A stretch of DNA of 64,000 bases from an uncultured Chloroflexia bacterium (GTDB lineage Bacteria; Chloroflexota; Limnocylindria; Limnocylindrales; CSP1-4), in contig CAVUAG010000016.1 of assembly GCA_963739365.1 (NCBI GenBank), positions 88,863 to 152,862 on the forward strand. The letters are read 5' to 3'. Positions within the stretch are counted from its first letter, which is position 1, and the number at the start of each line of letters is the position of its first letter. The translations under genes were made by a program, and so were the position numbers. Below the pieces are notes generated by a model. It ran no database searches. It had not been told where the DNA came from and was given only the letters and a program-made list of their open reading frames with translations. Positions 21,101-31,504 of the stretch are shown here, one piece after another.

Positions 21101-23275
21101 GACACAGATCTCCTGGGATGCCTCGACGTAGGCCTCCACCGGCCCGGCCGGCCGAGCGGTGACATGGGCGCACGTGTGCTGGGACCGGTTCTGGGCGTGG
21201 ATGCGCGGGATGAGGCGAACCGTGGCGACGCCGGCCATATCGGTCGTCGCCTCGACCGGCTCCGTCACGCCGTTGTCGAACTGCACGGCGACGGGGATCC
21301 CCGCGGCCGGCGTCCCGTCGAAGAACTGCGCAGTCACGGTCGCCGTGATGGTGTCGCCCTCGACAAGTGCCCGCGACGAGGACGTCACCGCGAGCTGGTA
21401 GGGCGGCTTGCGGACCTCGCCGACTTCGAACCCGATCGATTCCACGACGCGTCCGTCGGCAAGGACCTCGAGCACGTAGTCGCCGCGGGGCATGTCGCGG
21501 AGAGGGATCGACCCGACCCACGCGCCGGTGGTTGCCTGCTGCACGTCGGCCGTGGCAACGGGCCGGCCGTTCCGCGGGTCGTCGGTCATGCGCCAGGCCC
21601 GCAGGCGGACGGCGGAGGGAGCTCGATCGTCGCCGCGGGCGCGCAGGTAGCCCCAGGCCTGGATCGTGTCGGTCGGTCGATAGAGCCAGCGGTCGGTGGA
21701 GAGGGCGGTCCACCAGCTGGCGAGCCCGGGGTCAACCCATGCTCCCCACTGATCCGTAGCCGGCCCGTTGCCGGCGGCCAGGTCGACGATCACGCGCCGC
21801 CCCGCATCGGCCGTCATTCTGACGAGGACAGGGCTGCCCGCTCTCGCGAGCCCGGCCGGGGTCTCGGCCACCAGCAGGCCGCGCGCATCCGTGTGGCCGA
21901 GGCGCGCGCCGCCGACGACCTCGACCCGGGCGCCTTGTACGGGTCGGGCCGCGCCCGCGTCGTTGACCCAGGCGACGAGCTTGTCGGCTCGCGCGCCGGC
22001 CATGGCCGCGATCTCGGTCACCTGGAGGACGGCCTGGCTGATGGACCCCTGGCGGAGCTCCACGAGGTACCAGCCGGCTCGCGGCGCGATCGGGAGCCGG
22101 AGGCGCCGGTCCCAGCCGTCGCGCACGAACGCGGCGCGTCCCGAGAAGACGCGGGCGAGGCCCGCCGTCGGGACGATGGGCCGGGCGCTGGCCCCCGCCC
22201 AGGCCGGGGCGCCGAGCAGCCGTTCCAGCGTGGTGATCGCCGCGGCTTCGCCGGGGAGGCGGAAGATGCGAAGGGCGACCGGCGTCGTGACCTCGTCCTC
22301 GCCACCGTCCGGTTGCATCTTCCACTGGCGCGCCTCGAGCAGAGGGCGATCGCCCGGGAGAGCGGTCAGGAACGCCCGGTCCAGCTCGGCCTGCACCCTG
22401 CCGGCCCGCGCCTGGCGCTCCACCTGGAAGGCGAAGGCGACGTCGCGGGCGAGCCCGCCGGCGCGTGCGTTCGCCCCGGTGCCGGCCCGCACGCGGACCT
22501 CGTAGACCCGGCCCTCGAGGAGCCGCTGGCCGGGGACGAAGACAGCCGCCCGGCCGTGCATCTCGATCGCTCCCGCGACCGGGGTTCCCTCTGGAACGAG
22601 CCGCACCACGATGTCGCCCCGCTCCACCGCCACGCCGTCCTGGTCGAACGTGATCTCGATCCCGGTGTCGATCGGGACGTCGGTGGTCTCGTTCCGGGGG
22701 AGCGTGCCGACGACGCGGGGCGGGCCCGCGACCTGGAAGGCCCAGCCCGTGAGCGCGGCGCCGGCCGGGTCGACGAGGGTGAAGCGGTACGAGGAACCGG
22801 GTTCGAGTGTCGCTGCCGGCTTCAGGATCGCCGTGCGCCCGTCGGGTGCGGCCATCTCGCGGTACGCCAGGGCGGGCACGACGCGGAGGCGCTCGAGGAG
22901 CGAGGCAAGCGGCACGTCACCGGTGGCCGCAAGGCGGAACCCGGCCGCCGGGTCGATCGCATATGGGCTTCCAGCGACGGCGACAAGCGTCGCGCCGATC
23001 TCGGGCGCGGCGGGGAGGGCAAGCTTCGCCCAAGCTGCCGCGGCCGGCGTCGGGGCAGGGGATGGCGGCGTCGTGAGCTCCGGGACGGGCGACGTGGATG
23101 GCTGGACCGGGCTCGGGGCGGTCGTGGGGACCGCGGGACTGGCCGATGGCGGGGTCGGCGAGCAGGCCGCGAGCACGGCGGCGAGGGCCACGACGAGCAG
23201 GCGCGCCGGCGTCGTGCCACGTGGGTGGCGGACGGGGCCGGCCCGGCCGGCGATGACGCGTTCTGGACGGAGCAT
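18152..23275 (-). pseudogene. Giant alpha-2-macroglobulin-family lipoprotein (about 1700 codons), at least 4 frame breaks, no thioester motif seen
   Basis: ATG at 23275 and a lipobox (LAAVLAAC|S). A Big_5/SbsA-like Ig domain (TLPRNETTDVPIDTGIEITFD) is followed by serial MG-like domains (RWLYRPTDTIQAWGYL, GDYVLEVLADG, DVTSWRVAATAM) and a C-terminal receptor-like domain. The pieces lie in ORFs 19313..23560, 18925..20835 and 18152..18961. Confidence 0.8.
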
Positions 23276-23501
23276 GCAACCACCTGCGCGCCGTTGCGGC
23301 GGCGCACCGCGGGACGCGAGCTGGACGGGCTGCCGGGTGTTCGCCGAGCCTCGAGCCCGGCCGTCCACCCATCGGCGGCCATGAGCCGCGCTACCACCGC
23401 GCAGTGTGTCACCGCCGGGTACCATCCACGAAGGCCCGATCCGCGTCGGATTCGGGCCGTTCGGCGTGCCGCAGCGCGGCCTGGCCGCAGTCGGAGGAGA
23501 C

Positions 23502-24188
23502 GTGAAGGTCGTCGTCGGCCTCGGGAACCCGGGCGAGCAGTACGCGAAGACGCGCCACAACGTCGGCTGGATGACGCTGGACCGGCTCGCCGACCGCGCC
23601 GGCTGGGCCGGGCGCGGCCGGACCCGTGACGCGAGCGCCGTCGTCCAGGGCCGCTACCGCGGCCTCGACCTGGTCCTGGCCAAGCCGCTCACCTTCATGA
23701 ACGACTCGGGAGTCGCGGTGCGCAAGCTGATCGCCCGCGAGCGCGCCCCGTTCCACGAGGTGCTGGTCGTCACCGACGACTTCAGCCTCCCGTTCGGCAA
23801 GATGCGCTTCCGCGAGGGCGGCAGCCACGGCGGCCACAATGGCCTCCGCTCCATCATCGACGAGCTCCACACGGAAGCGTTCCCGCGGCTCCGGATCGGG
23901 ATCGGGGAGCCGGGTCGGGACGCGGTGGACCACGTCCTCTCGGTCTTCCTGCCGGACGAGCGGCAGCGGCTCGACGAGCTCCTCGACGCCGCGGCCGATG
24001 CCGTGGAGGCCTGGGCCCGCGATGGCGTCAGCAAGGCCGCGAACCGCTTCAACGCGTTCCAGCTCCGTCCGGCGGACGAGACGCGGATCGCGCCCGCCGG
24101 CGAGGTGGACGGCCCGCCCGGACCCGACGGCGTTCGTCGCACGCGGACGGGCTGGCGCCGGGTCCGTCCGGCCGACGAGGAGCGGTGA
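23502..24188 (+). CDS. pth: Peptidyl-tRNA hydrolase with a ~40-aa C-terminal extension
   Basis: GTG at 23502 after GGAGGAG. Motifs VVGLGNPGEQYAKTRHNVGW and HGGHNGLRS are present. Confidence 0.92.
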   Translation: MKVVVGLGNPGEQYAKTRHNVGWMTLDRLADRAGWAGRGRTRDASAVVQGRYRGLDLVLAKPLTFMNDSGVAVRKLIARERAPFHEVLVVTDDFSLPFGKMRFREGGSHGGHNGLRSIIDELHTEAFPRLRIGIGEPGRDAVDHVLSVFLPDERQRLDELLDAAADAVEAWARDGVSKAANRFNAFQLRPADETRIAPAGEVDGPPGPDGVRRTRTGWRRVRPADEER

Positions 24189-27100
24189 CCGCCCGCCCGG
24201 GCGGTGCCCGGCGCCGCGCGACGCCTCCCGCGGGAGCGGCGCTCGACGCAGCCGCCCACCGCGTCCCCGACCTCTCGGCCCTGCCGCCGCTGCTCCACGC
24301 GACGCCCGCCTTCCGCGATCTGCGCGCGCGCCTGGAGGGCCCGCTCGGCGTCCGCGGCCGCCACGCGGCCGTCACGGCAGTTCCCCACGGCGCGAAGTCG
24401 TTCCTCGTCGCGGCCCTGGCCCTGGCCGAGGGCCGGCCAGGCCTGCTGGATCGCCCGGGATGCCGAGATCGGCGACCGGGTCGCGGACGAGCTGGTGGCC
24501 TGGCTTGGTGACGCGGAGGGCGTGGCGGTGCTGGAGCCGCGGTCCGCGCTGGCCTACGAGCGAAGCGAGCTGATCCGCGACGAGTCGGCCGCCCGGGTGG
24601 CCACCCTCGCCCGGTGGCGGAGTGGTCGGGCGCGGATCCTCGTGGCATCGGTCCAGGCACTCCTCCAGCCGACGATCACCCCGGCCGACCTCCCCTCCAG
24701 CCCGCGCGTCCTTCGCCGCGGCGACCGGCTTCGCCAGGACGAGCTGCTGGGCGAGCTCCTCCGGCTCGGCTACGAGCCCGTCCTCGAGGTGGCGGGGCGG
24801 GGTGAGATGGCCCGCCGCGGCGGCCTCGTCGACCTCTTCCCGGCCGGGGCCGACCTCCCGGCCCGGATCGAGCTCTTCGGCGACGAGATCGACGAGATCC
24901 GGCTCTTCGATCCTACCGACCAGCGGACCGTGCGCCCGGTCGAGGCCATCGAGCTCCTGCCGGCCAACGAGTTCCTCGTCCCGGCCGCGGGGGTCGGGGA
25001 GATTCGCGTCCGGCTGGGGCGGCTCGCCGGCCATCTGCCGGAGCGGCTGGCCGCCGATCTCGCCCGCCTCGAGGGAGCGGACGCGCCCGCGGCTGCGGCC
25101 GACGCCACCGCGAGCCCCGGGCGCCCGGGCCCTCGACGTGGGCGACGCGGCAGAGGTCTGGTCGGCTGTCGTCTGCCCGTCGAGCGGCCTCGCCCACCTC
25201 GGCCCCGACACACTCCTCGTCGTCGACGAGCCGGGCGAGGTCGCCGCCGCGGCCGAGTTCCTGTGGGAGCAGGCCGCGGAGCGGCGGCGCGACCTCGTGG
25301 GCGCGGGCGAGCTCCCCCGGGGAATGGCCGTCGGCCTACGTGGAGCCGCGGGCCTGGAAGGCCGGCCTCCTCGCTGCCCGCACCCTGGAGGTGACCTGGG
25401 AGTCCGGGCCGATGGAGGCGATCGGCGGTGCCCCCGCCCTCGACGACCCGTTCGGCTGGCGCGAGCCGGTGCTACCGCCCGGACGCAGCGCCGGCCTGTC
25501 GCGGGCCATCGAGCGCTGGCGGGCCTCCGACCCGGTCCCGGGCATCGTCCTCGCCTCGGACCAGGCCACCCGCCTGGCCGAGCTGCTCGGCGAGGCGGGG
25601 ATTCCCGCCGGGGTCACCATGGCCCCGGGCGCCCCGCCACCGGGCGCCGTTGCCCTGGTCGGGCGCAGCCTGAACGCCGGCTTCGGCGGCGGTCCGGACG
25701 GCCTCGTGCTCGTCACGGACCGCGAGCTCTTCGGGACCGTCCGGGTGCGCCGCCCCAAGGCGCTCCGGCGCGTCGTCCCCCGCGACATCCTGGAGCGCCT
25801 CTCGCCCGGCGACCTCGTCGTCCACATCGACCACGGCATCGCGCGCTACGAGCGGATGCTTCGCCGCGGTGGCACCGGCGAGGAGCGGGACTACCTCGAG
25901 CTGTCGTTCGCCGCCGGCGATCGCATCTACGTGCCCGTCGAGCAGATCGCCCGCGTGAGCCGCTATGCCGGCGCCGAGCGACCGTCGCTCTCGCGCCTCG
26001 GTGGCGGCGAGTGGAGCCGGACCAAGAGCCGAGTCCGGAAGGCCGTCGCGGACCTCGCCGACGAGCTGCTCCGCCTCTACGCGGCCCGGGCCGCGGCGGA
26101 GGGCTACGCGTTCGCCCCGGATACGCCGTGGCAGCAGGAGCTCGAGGCCTCGTTTCCCTACGAGGAGACGGTCGACCAGCTGCGGGCGGTCGACGAGGTC
26201 AAGGCCGACATGGAGGCCGCCCGGCCGATGGACCGAATCGTGGTGGGCGACGTCGGGTACGGGAAGACCGAGGTCGCCCTGCGAGCAGCGTTCAAGGCGA
26301 TCCAGGACGGTCGGCAGGTGGCAGTCCTCGTGCCGACCACCGTCCTCGCCGACCAGCACGTGCGGACGTTCGACCAGCGCTACGCGGCGTTCCCGGCCAC
26401 CGTCCGCCTGCTCTCGCGGGCCGTGTCGGCCAGGGAGCAGGCGGCGACGCTGGCAGGCCTCGAGGCTGGCTCCGTGGACGTCGTGGTCGGGACGCATCGG
26501 CTCCTCTCGAAGGATGTCCGCTTCCGGGACCTCGGCCTCCTCGTCGTCGACGAGGAGCAGCGCTTCGGCGTTGCCGCCAAGGAGCGCCTCAAGCAGCTCC
26601 GCACCGAGGTCGACGTCCTGACCCTCTCGGCGACGCCCGATCCCCCGGACGCTCAATCTGGCCCTCGTCGGGGTCCGCGACCTGTCGGTCATCGAGACGC
26701 CACCCGAGGATCGGCTGCCGATCCAGACCCGGGTGGCCGAGGCGTCCGCGGGCCTGGTCAAGGACGCGATCCTGCGCGAGCTGGACCGCGGCGGGCAGGT
26801 CTTCTTCGTCCACAACCGGGTCGAGACGATCGAGGCGCAGGCTGACCAGCTGCGTCGCCTCCTGCCCGCCGCGCGGATCGTCGTGGGCCACGGTCAGATG
26901 TCGGAGGGCGCCCTCGAGACGGTGATGCGGACCTTCGCCGGCGGGGACGCCGACATCCTCGTCTGCACCACGATCATCGAGTCCGGGCTCGACATCCCGA
27001 ACGCCAACACGATCATCATCGACCGGGCCGACGCGCTCGGGCTCGCCCAGCTCTACCAGCTGCGCGGCCGCGTGGGACGGAGCAGCCGGCGCGCCTACGC

Positions 27101-27872
27101 CTACCTCCTCCACCGGCGCCGCGACCGGCTCTCCGACGAGGCGCGGCGCCGCCTGCAGGCCATCTTCAACGCTTCGGAGCTGGGCGCTGGCTTCCAGATC
27201 GCCCTCGCCGACCTCGAGATCCGGGGCGCCGGCAACATCCTTGGCGGCGAGCAGTCGGGCCACATGGCGGACGTCGGCTTCGACCTCTACACGCGGCTGC
27301 TCGCCGAGGCGGTCGAAGAGCGGAAGGCGGCCTGGGAGGGCCGCGAGCCGGTCCGGGAGGCCCTCGGGGCGACGGTCGACCTGCCGGTGGATGCCCACCT
27401 GCCCGATGCATACGTCCCGGACGAGGCCCAGAAGCTCGAGCTCTATCGTCGCCTCGCCAGGGTCCGCTCTGCGGGCGACCTGGCCGCCTTCCGCCAGGAG
27501 GTCACCGATCGCTTCGGCCCGCTGCCGCCGCCGGCCCTGCGCCTCGTCGAGGTTGCCGAGCTCCGCTTGGCGGCCGAGGCGGCCGGCATCGCGTCCGTGG
27601 CCCGCGAGGAGGGATCGCTGGTCGTCCGCTTCGGGAGCGGGCTTTCGCGCGGGGAGGCGATGCGCCTCGTGGCAGGGGCGCCGCTGCCGGGCGTGCGGCC
27701 GGGCGACATCACCTTCGCCGCGGCGCAGGTGCGGATCCGCGCGCCGCGGGATCCCGGCCGCTCCTGGGCCCTCATGCTGGCCCTCGTGGCCCGCGTTGCT
27801 GCCGCCCGGGAGATGGTTCAGGTCCCGGCGACGCCCTCGGCCGCGGAGCCCTCGCCCGCCGATAGCCGGTAG
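24185..27872 (+). pseudogene. mfd: Transcription-repair coupling factor Mfd, at least 5 frame breaks
   Basis: A GTGA overlap joins it to pth. TRCF hallmarks are spread over 5 ORF pieces: GDLVVHIDHGIARY, GDVGYGKTEVALRAAF, LLVVDEEQRFGV, TLSATP, VFFVHNRVETIE, GLDIPNANTIII and QLRGRVGRS. Confidence 0.9.
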
Positions 27873-28577
27873 CCCAGGCCGTACTCGGTCTCGATGAAGC
27901 GGCGGCCAGGCGCGGCCGCGCCGAGCTTTGCCCGCAGGTTGCGGATCGCGACCCGCAAGAGGTGGTGGTCGTCGCGATAGCCGGGACCCCAGGCGGCAAC
28001 GAGCAGGTCGCCGTGCGACACGAGCACGCCGTCGTGCTCGGCGAGGTGGCGCAGGAGGCGGTACTCGGTCGGCGTGAGGTGGACCGGGGATCCGGCCACC
28101 TGCACCTGGTGGGACCGCCCGTCGATCCGGAGCCCCGGCAGTTCGATCGTGTCCGAGGCGGCCGGCAGTGGGCAGCGCGGCCCGGGACCGGCGGAGCGCG
28201 GCGGCCACGCGGGCCACCAGCTCCGGGAAGCTGAGCGGCTTGGTCACGTAGTCGTCCGCCCCGATGGCCAGCCCGCGCACCTTGTCCGCCTCCGAGCCGC
28301 GGGCGGTGACGACGATGATCGGTACGAGGCTCTCCTCGCGGACCCGCTCGATGACGTGCCACCCGTCGACGCGCGGGAGGCCGAGGTCCAGGACGATCAG
28401 GTCCGGCGGCCGTTCGGTGATCGCACGGAGGGCGTGGGCGCCGTCCGGTGCGATCTCGGGCCGCCAGCCGTGGCGCTCCAGCCAGAGCGCGATGAGCTCC
28501 GCGAAGGCCGGCTCGTCCTCGACTACGAGAATCCGTTCGCCGTTGCCCGCGATCGGACCGGCGGGAGTGCTCTTCAC
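27818..28577 (-). pseudogene. OmpR/PhoB-family response regulator, one frame break (about 28165)
   Basis: The receiver domain (ILVVEDEPAF...DLIVLDLGLP...TARGSEADKV...DDYVTKP) is in one frame. The winged helix (LTPTEYRLLRHL...IETEYGLGYRL) is in another. The GTG start overlaps the kinase stop (GTGA at 28574-28577). Confidence 0.85.
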
Positions 28578-30280
28578 GAGATCTCCGCGGTGGTGTCGCG
28601 CGCTCCCGTGTCGGTGGGCGCAACGGGCAGGCCCACCGAGACCGACGTGCCGCGCGTCGTGGCGTCGAGCCGGATCCACCCGCCGTGGGCCTCCACGATC
28701 CGGCGGCAGAGGTAGAGGCCGAGCCCACTGCCCGGCACCTGCCCGTCCACCGCCCGGGCGCCCCGGAAGAAGCGCTCGAAGATGTGGTCGCGATCCTCGG
28801 CGGGGATCCCCCGCCCATCGTCGGCGATCGTCATCACGACGGTCGCGGGGCCGAGCCGGCGCGCCCGGATCTCGATGATGGCCATGTGGCCCGCGTGCCT
28901 CTCTGCGTTCTGGACGAGGTTCGCCACCACCTGCCGGATTCGCGCCGCATCCACGTCGACGGGGGGCAGCCCACGGGGGACCTCGAGGCGCACGGATCGC
29001 CCCCCCGGCGCCTCCGCGCGCTCGGCGACGATCGCTCGCAGCAGGCTGTCGAGCGCGACCGGCGAACGGCGCAGGACGAGAGCGTGGGTCTCGAGCTGGC
29101 TCACGTCGATGATGTCGTCCACGAGGGCCATGAGCCGCTCCGTGGCGTCTGCGATCCGGTCGAGGTGGCGCCGCGCGGTCGCCGTGTCAGGGTTGAGGTG
29201 ACGGAGGCTCTGGGTGTAGCCGTCGATCAGGGCAAGCGGGGTGCGGAGCTCGTGCGACACGGCGGCCACGAAGCTGGTCTTGGCCTCGTCGAGCGATCGC
29301 GACGCGCGCAGGTCGCGCAGGATGCCCACGGCGCCGCCGTCGGGCACGGGCATGCGCGAGACGCTCGCGGCAACCGGGATCGTGGTCCCGTCCCGGTGGC
29401 GGACGCCGATCTCACGGCCGACGATCACATCACCGGTGCCGAGGACCTCCTCGAATGGGCAGCGTGTCCCACACAGCAGACCCGCCGTGCGCGGCAGGGG
29501 CGGCTCGTCAAGGGCGTCGGCACCGTCGGGTGACGTCGCGTGGCAGCCGAGGAAGTCCGAGCAGCGCATCCCCGTCCCGGCCTGCGTCGGCATCCCGACG
29601 AGCCCCGCCGCGGCAGCGTTGAGGCGCACGACGCGCCGTCCCGCGTCGACGGCCACGATGGCGTCGGTAGCCCCGTCGAGAATCGCCGCCAGGGTTGCCT
29701 GCTCGCGCGCGAGGGAGGCCCGCAGCTGGGCCGCGCGCAGGGTGACCGCCAGCTCGAGGCGGACCGTCGCGAGGTAGCGGGCATGGTTCGTCTCGAGGGG
29801 CGCCCCGGCATCGGCGCGGACGGCCAGGTACCCGACGGCCCGCCGGACGCCGCCGCCCGGCTCCTCTCCCCCAACGGCCCGACCCTCGGGGAGCGAGATG
29901 CCGCTCCAGCCGCCGGCGGCCGCCCACCGCCCGGCCGCCGTGGTGTCCGCGAACCGGCTCGGGACGGCGGCCCAGCCGCGACCGACCGGACCGTCCGTGC
30001 CGCCCGGGAAGGTGGCGACCAGCTCGAGCCGGGGATCGCCCGGGTCAGCGAGCCAGAGTGCCGCCCCGGCGGCCCCCGATGCGCGGGCCACCTCGGCCAG
30101 GACCGCGGCCGCAAGCTCGTCGACCCGCCCGCCGGCGGCCAGGAGCTGGCTCAGCTGGTACTGGGCAAAGACCGCGTCGGCCTCGCGCTGAGCGTCCTCG
30201 AAGACCCGGCGCCGCTCGGCCTCCAGCTGACGGATTCGGTCCTCGAGGGCGGCCTGCCGGTCGACTCCCTGGTCGTTCAC
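28574..30280 (-). CDS. Soluble sensor histidine kinase: coiled coil, GAF-like, PAS (4 Cys), HisKA, HATPase
   Basis: H-box SHELRTPL, N-box VVANLVQNAERH and G-boxes DDGRGI / GSGLGLYL. No hydrophobic TM segment is present. A GTG at 30280 overlaps the dhaL stop (GTGA). The ORF could alternatively start at 30334. Confidence 0.85.
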   Translation of the reverse strand: MNDQGVDRQAALEDRIRQLEAERRRVFEDAQREADAVFAQYQLSQLLAAGGRVDELAAAVLAEVARASGAAGAALWLADPGDPRLELVATFPGGTDGPVGRGWAAVPSRFADTTAAGRWAAAGGWSGISLPEGRAVGGEEPGGGVRRAVGYLAVRADAGAPLETNHARYLATVRLELAVTLRAAQLRASLAREQATLAAILDGATDAIVAVDAGRRVVRLNAAAAGLVGMPTQAGTGMRCSDFLGCHATSPDGADALDEPPLPRTAGLLCGTRCPFEEVLGTGDVIVGREIGVRHRDGTTIPVAASVSRMPVPDGGAVGILRDLRASRSLDEAKTSFVAAVSHELRTPLALIDGYTQSLRHLNPDTATARRHLDRIADATERLMALVDDIIDVSQLETHALVLRRSPVALDSLLRAIVAERAEAPGGRSVRLEVPRGLPPVDVDAARIRQVVANLVQNAERHAGHMAIIEIRARRLGPATVVMTIADDGRGIPAEDRDHIFERFFRGARAVDGQVPGSGLGLYLCRRIVEAHGGWIRLDATTRGTSVSVGLPVAPTDTGARDTTAEIS

Positions 30281-30984
30281 GGGCCACCGTCCTCGTCGAC
30301 GACGCGGGCCATCGCGTGGAGCATCAGGAAGCACGACGTCGCGCCGGGGTCGCGGTGCCCCCGCGATCGCTCGCCGAGGCGAAGCGCCAGGCCGCGCCGC
30401 GCGACGAGGGGGATCGTCGCGCGCATCCCGCCCGCGGCCGCGGCCGCAGCAGCGGCAACGCAGGAGCCGAGGGGGAGCGATGCGTCCGATCCCGCTCGAA
30501 GGGCCCGGACGGCGGGATCGAGGGCGTCGAGGATCGTCTTGTCACCCACCGCGCACCTCCCGCGCCTCATCAGCCCGGCGCGGGCCGCTTCGAGCGCCGT
30601 GGCCAGGTCGGCCGGCCCCGAGGTGGCCTGCCCGGCCAGCGCGAACCCGGCTTCGATCAGCGCGGTTCCGTAGAGCGGGCCGCTGGCGCCGCCCACGCTC
30701 CCGACCAGGGTGTGGCCGAGGCGGCGCAGGAGCTCGCCGACGTCGTCGGGGTGCTCCACGAGGGCAGCCCGCGCGACCGGAACCGCGGCGCTGAAGCCGG
30801 CCACCATGTTGCTGCCGTGGTCCCCATCGCCGAGGGCGGCGTCCAGGCGGTCGAGAAGCGCCTCGTGACGCACCAGGGTCGCCGCCGCGCGCTCCACGAA
30901 GGCCAGCACGTCGGGCGCCGAGAGCCTGCCGACACCGGCGGCTTCGGCGGGCGCGGGGGCACTCGAGAACCCTATTCTCTGCAT
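30277..30984 (-). CDS. dhaL: DhaL (Dak2) domain protein, diverged paralog 1, first gene of the kinase/regulator operon
   Basis: 235 aa with motifs [23 protein letters not shown] and GDKTILDAL. The C-terminal RGLALRLGERSRGHRDPGA diverges from the usual [17 protein letters not shown]. Confidence 0.85.
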   Translation of the reverse strand: MQRIGFSSAPAPAEAAGVGRLSAPDVLAFVERAAATLVRHEALLDRLDAALGDGDHGSNMVAGFSAAVPVARAALVEHPDDVGELLRRLGHTLVGSVGGASGPLYGTALIEAGFALAGQATSGPADLATALEAARAGLMRRGRCAVGDKTILDALDPAVRALRAGSDASLPLGSCVAAAAAAAAGGMRATIPLVARRGLALRLGERSRGHRDPGATSCFLMLHAMARVVDEDGGP

Positions 30985-31059
30985 CGGACACCTGAGTCTA
31001 CGGCGGTCGGCGCGGCCGCGCGACGCCGTCGCCGCCCGGCAAGGAGAAGGAGGCCGCGC

Positions 31060-31504
31060 ATGATCGCGCTGGCACTGGTCGGCCACAGCGAGGAGCTGCT
31101 CCGCGCCCTGGCGGCGATGGTTGCCCAGGCCGCGCCCCGCGTGCCGGTCGTCATCGCGGGCGGGACCCCGACAGGGAGCCTGGGCACGAGCAGCCCCGGG
31201 ATCGTCGCCGCGCTCCGGGCCGCCCTGGAGGCTTCGGCCGGGGAGGGTGTCGTCGTCCTCTTCGATCTCGGCAGCGCCGTGCTCGCCCTGGAGGTCGCGC
31301 TCGAGGAGCTGCCCGACGGCGACCGCGCCCGGATCGCGGTGAGCGACGGTCCCCTCGTCGAGGGAGCCGTGCGCGCCGCCGTGGAGGCTGCCGGCGGGGC
31401 GAACCCTGGCCCAGGCGTGCGCGGTCGCCGACGGCGAGCGGGCCACCGCGAAGCTGCCGCCGGACTGGCCGGATCGGCCCGGCGGGCGACCGGTCGCGCG
31501 GTGA
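31060..31504 (+). pseudogene. dhaM: DhaM-like PTS EIIA(Man)-fold phosphotransfer domain, copy 1, one frame break near 31400
   Basis: AAGGAGAAGGAGG lies upstream of the ATG. MIALALVGHSEEL carries the His9 phospho-site motif. DLGSAVLA and GPLVEGAV are also present. The alternative-frame tail ...TLAQACAVADGERATAKLPPDWPDRPGGRPVAR* stops at 31502-31504. Confidence 0.75.

Noticed and set aside
20666-23629. 987-aa plus-strand ORF opposite the A2M-like gene.
   Set aside because: The minus strand gives lipobox, Ig and MG domains. The plus-strand product is Arg/Gly/Asp/Pro-rich with no domain signature.
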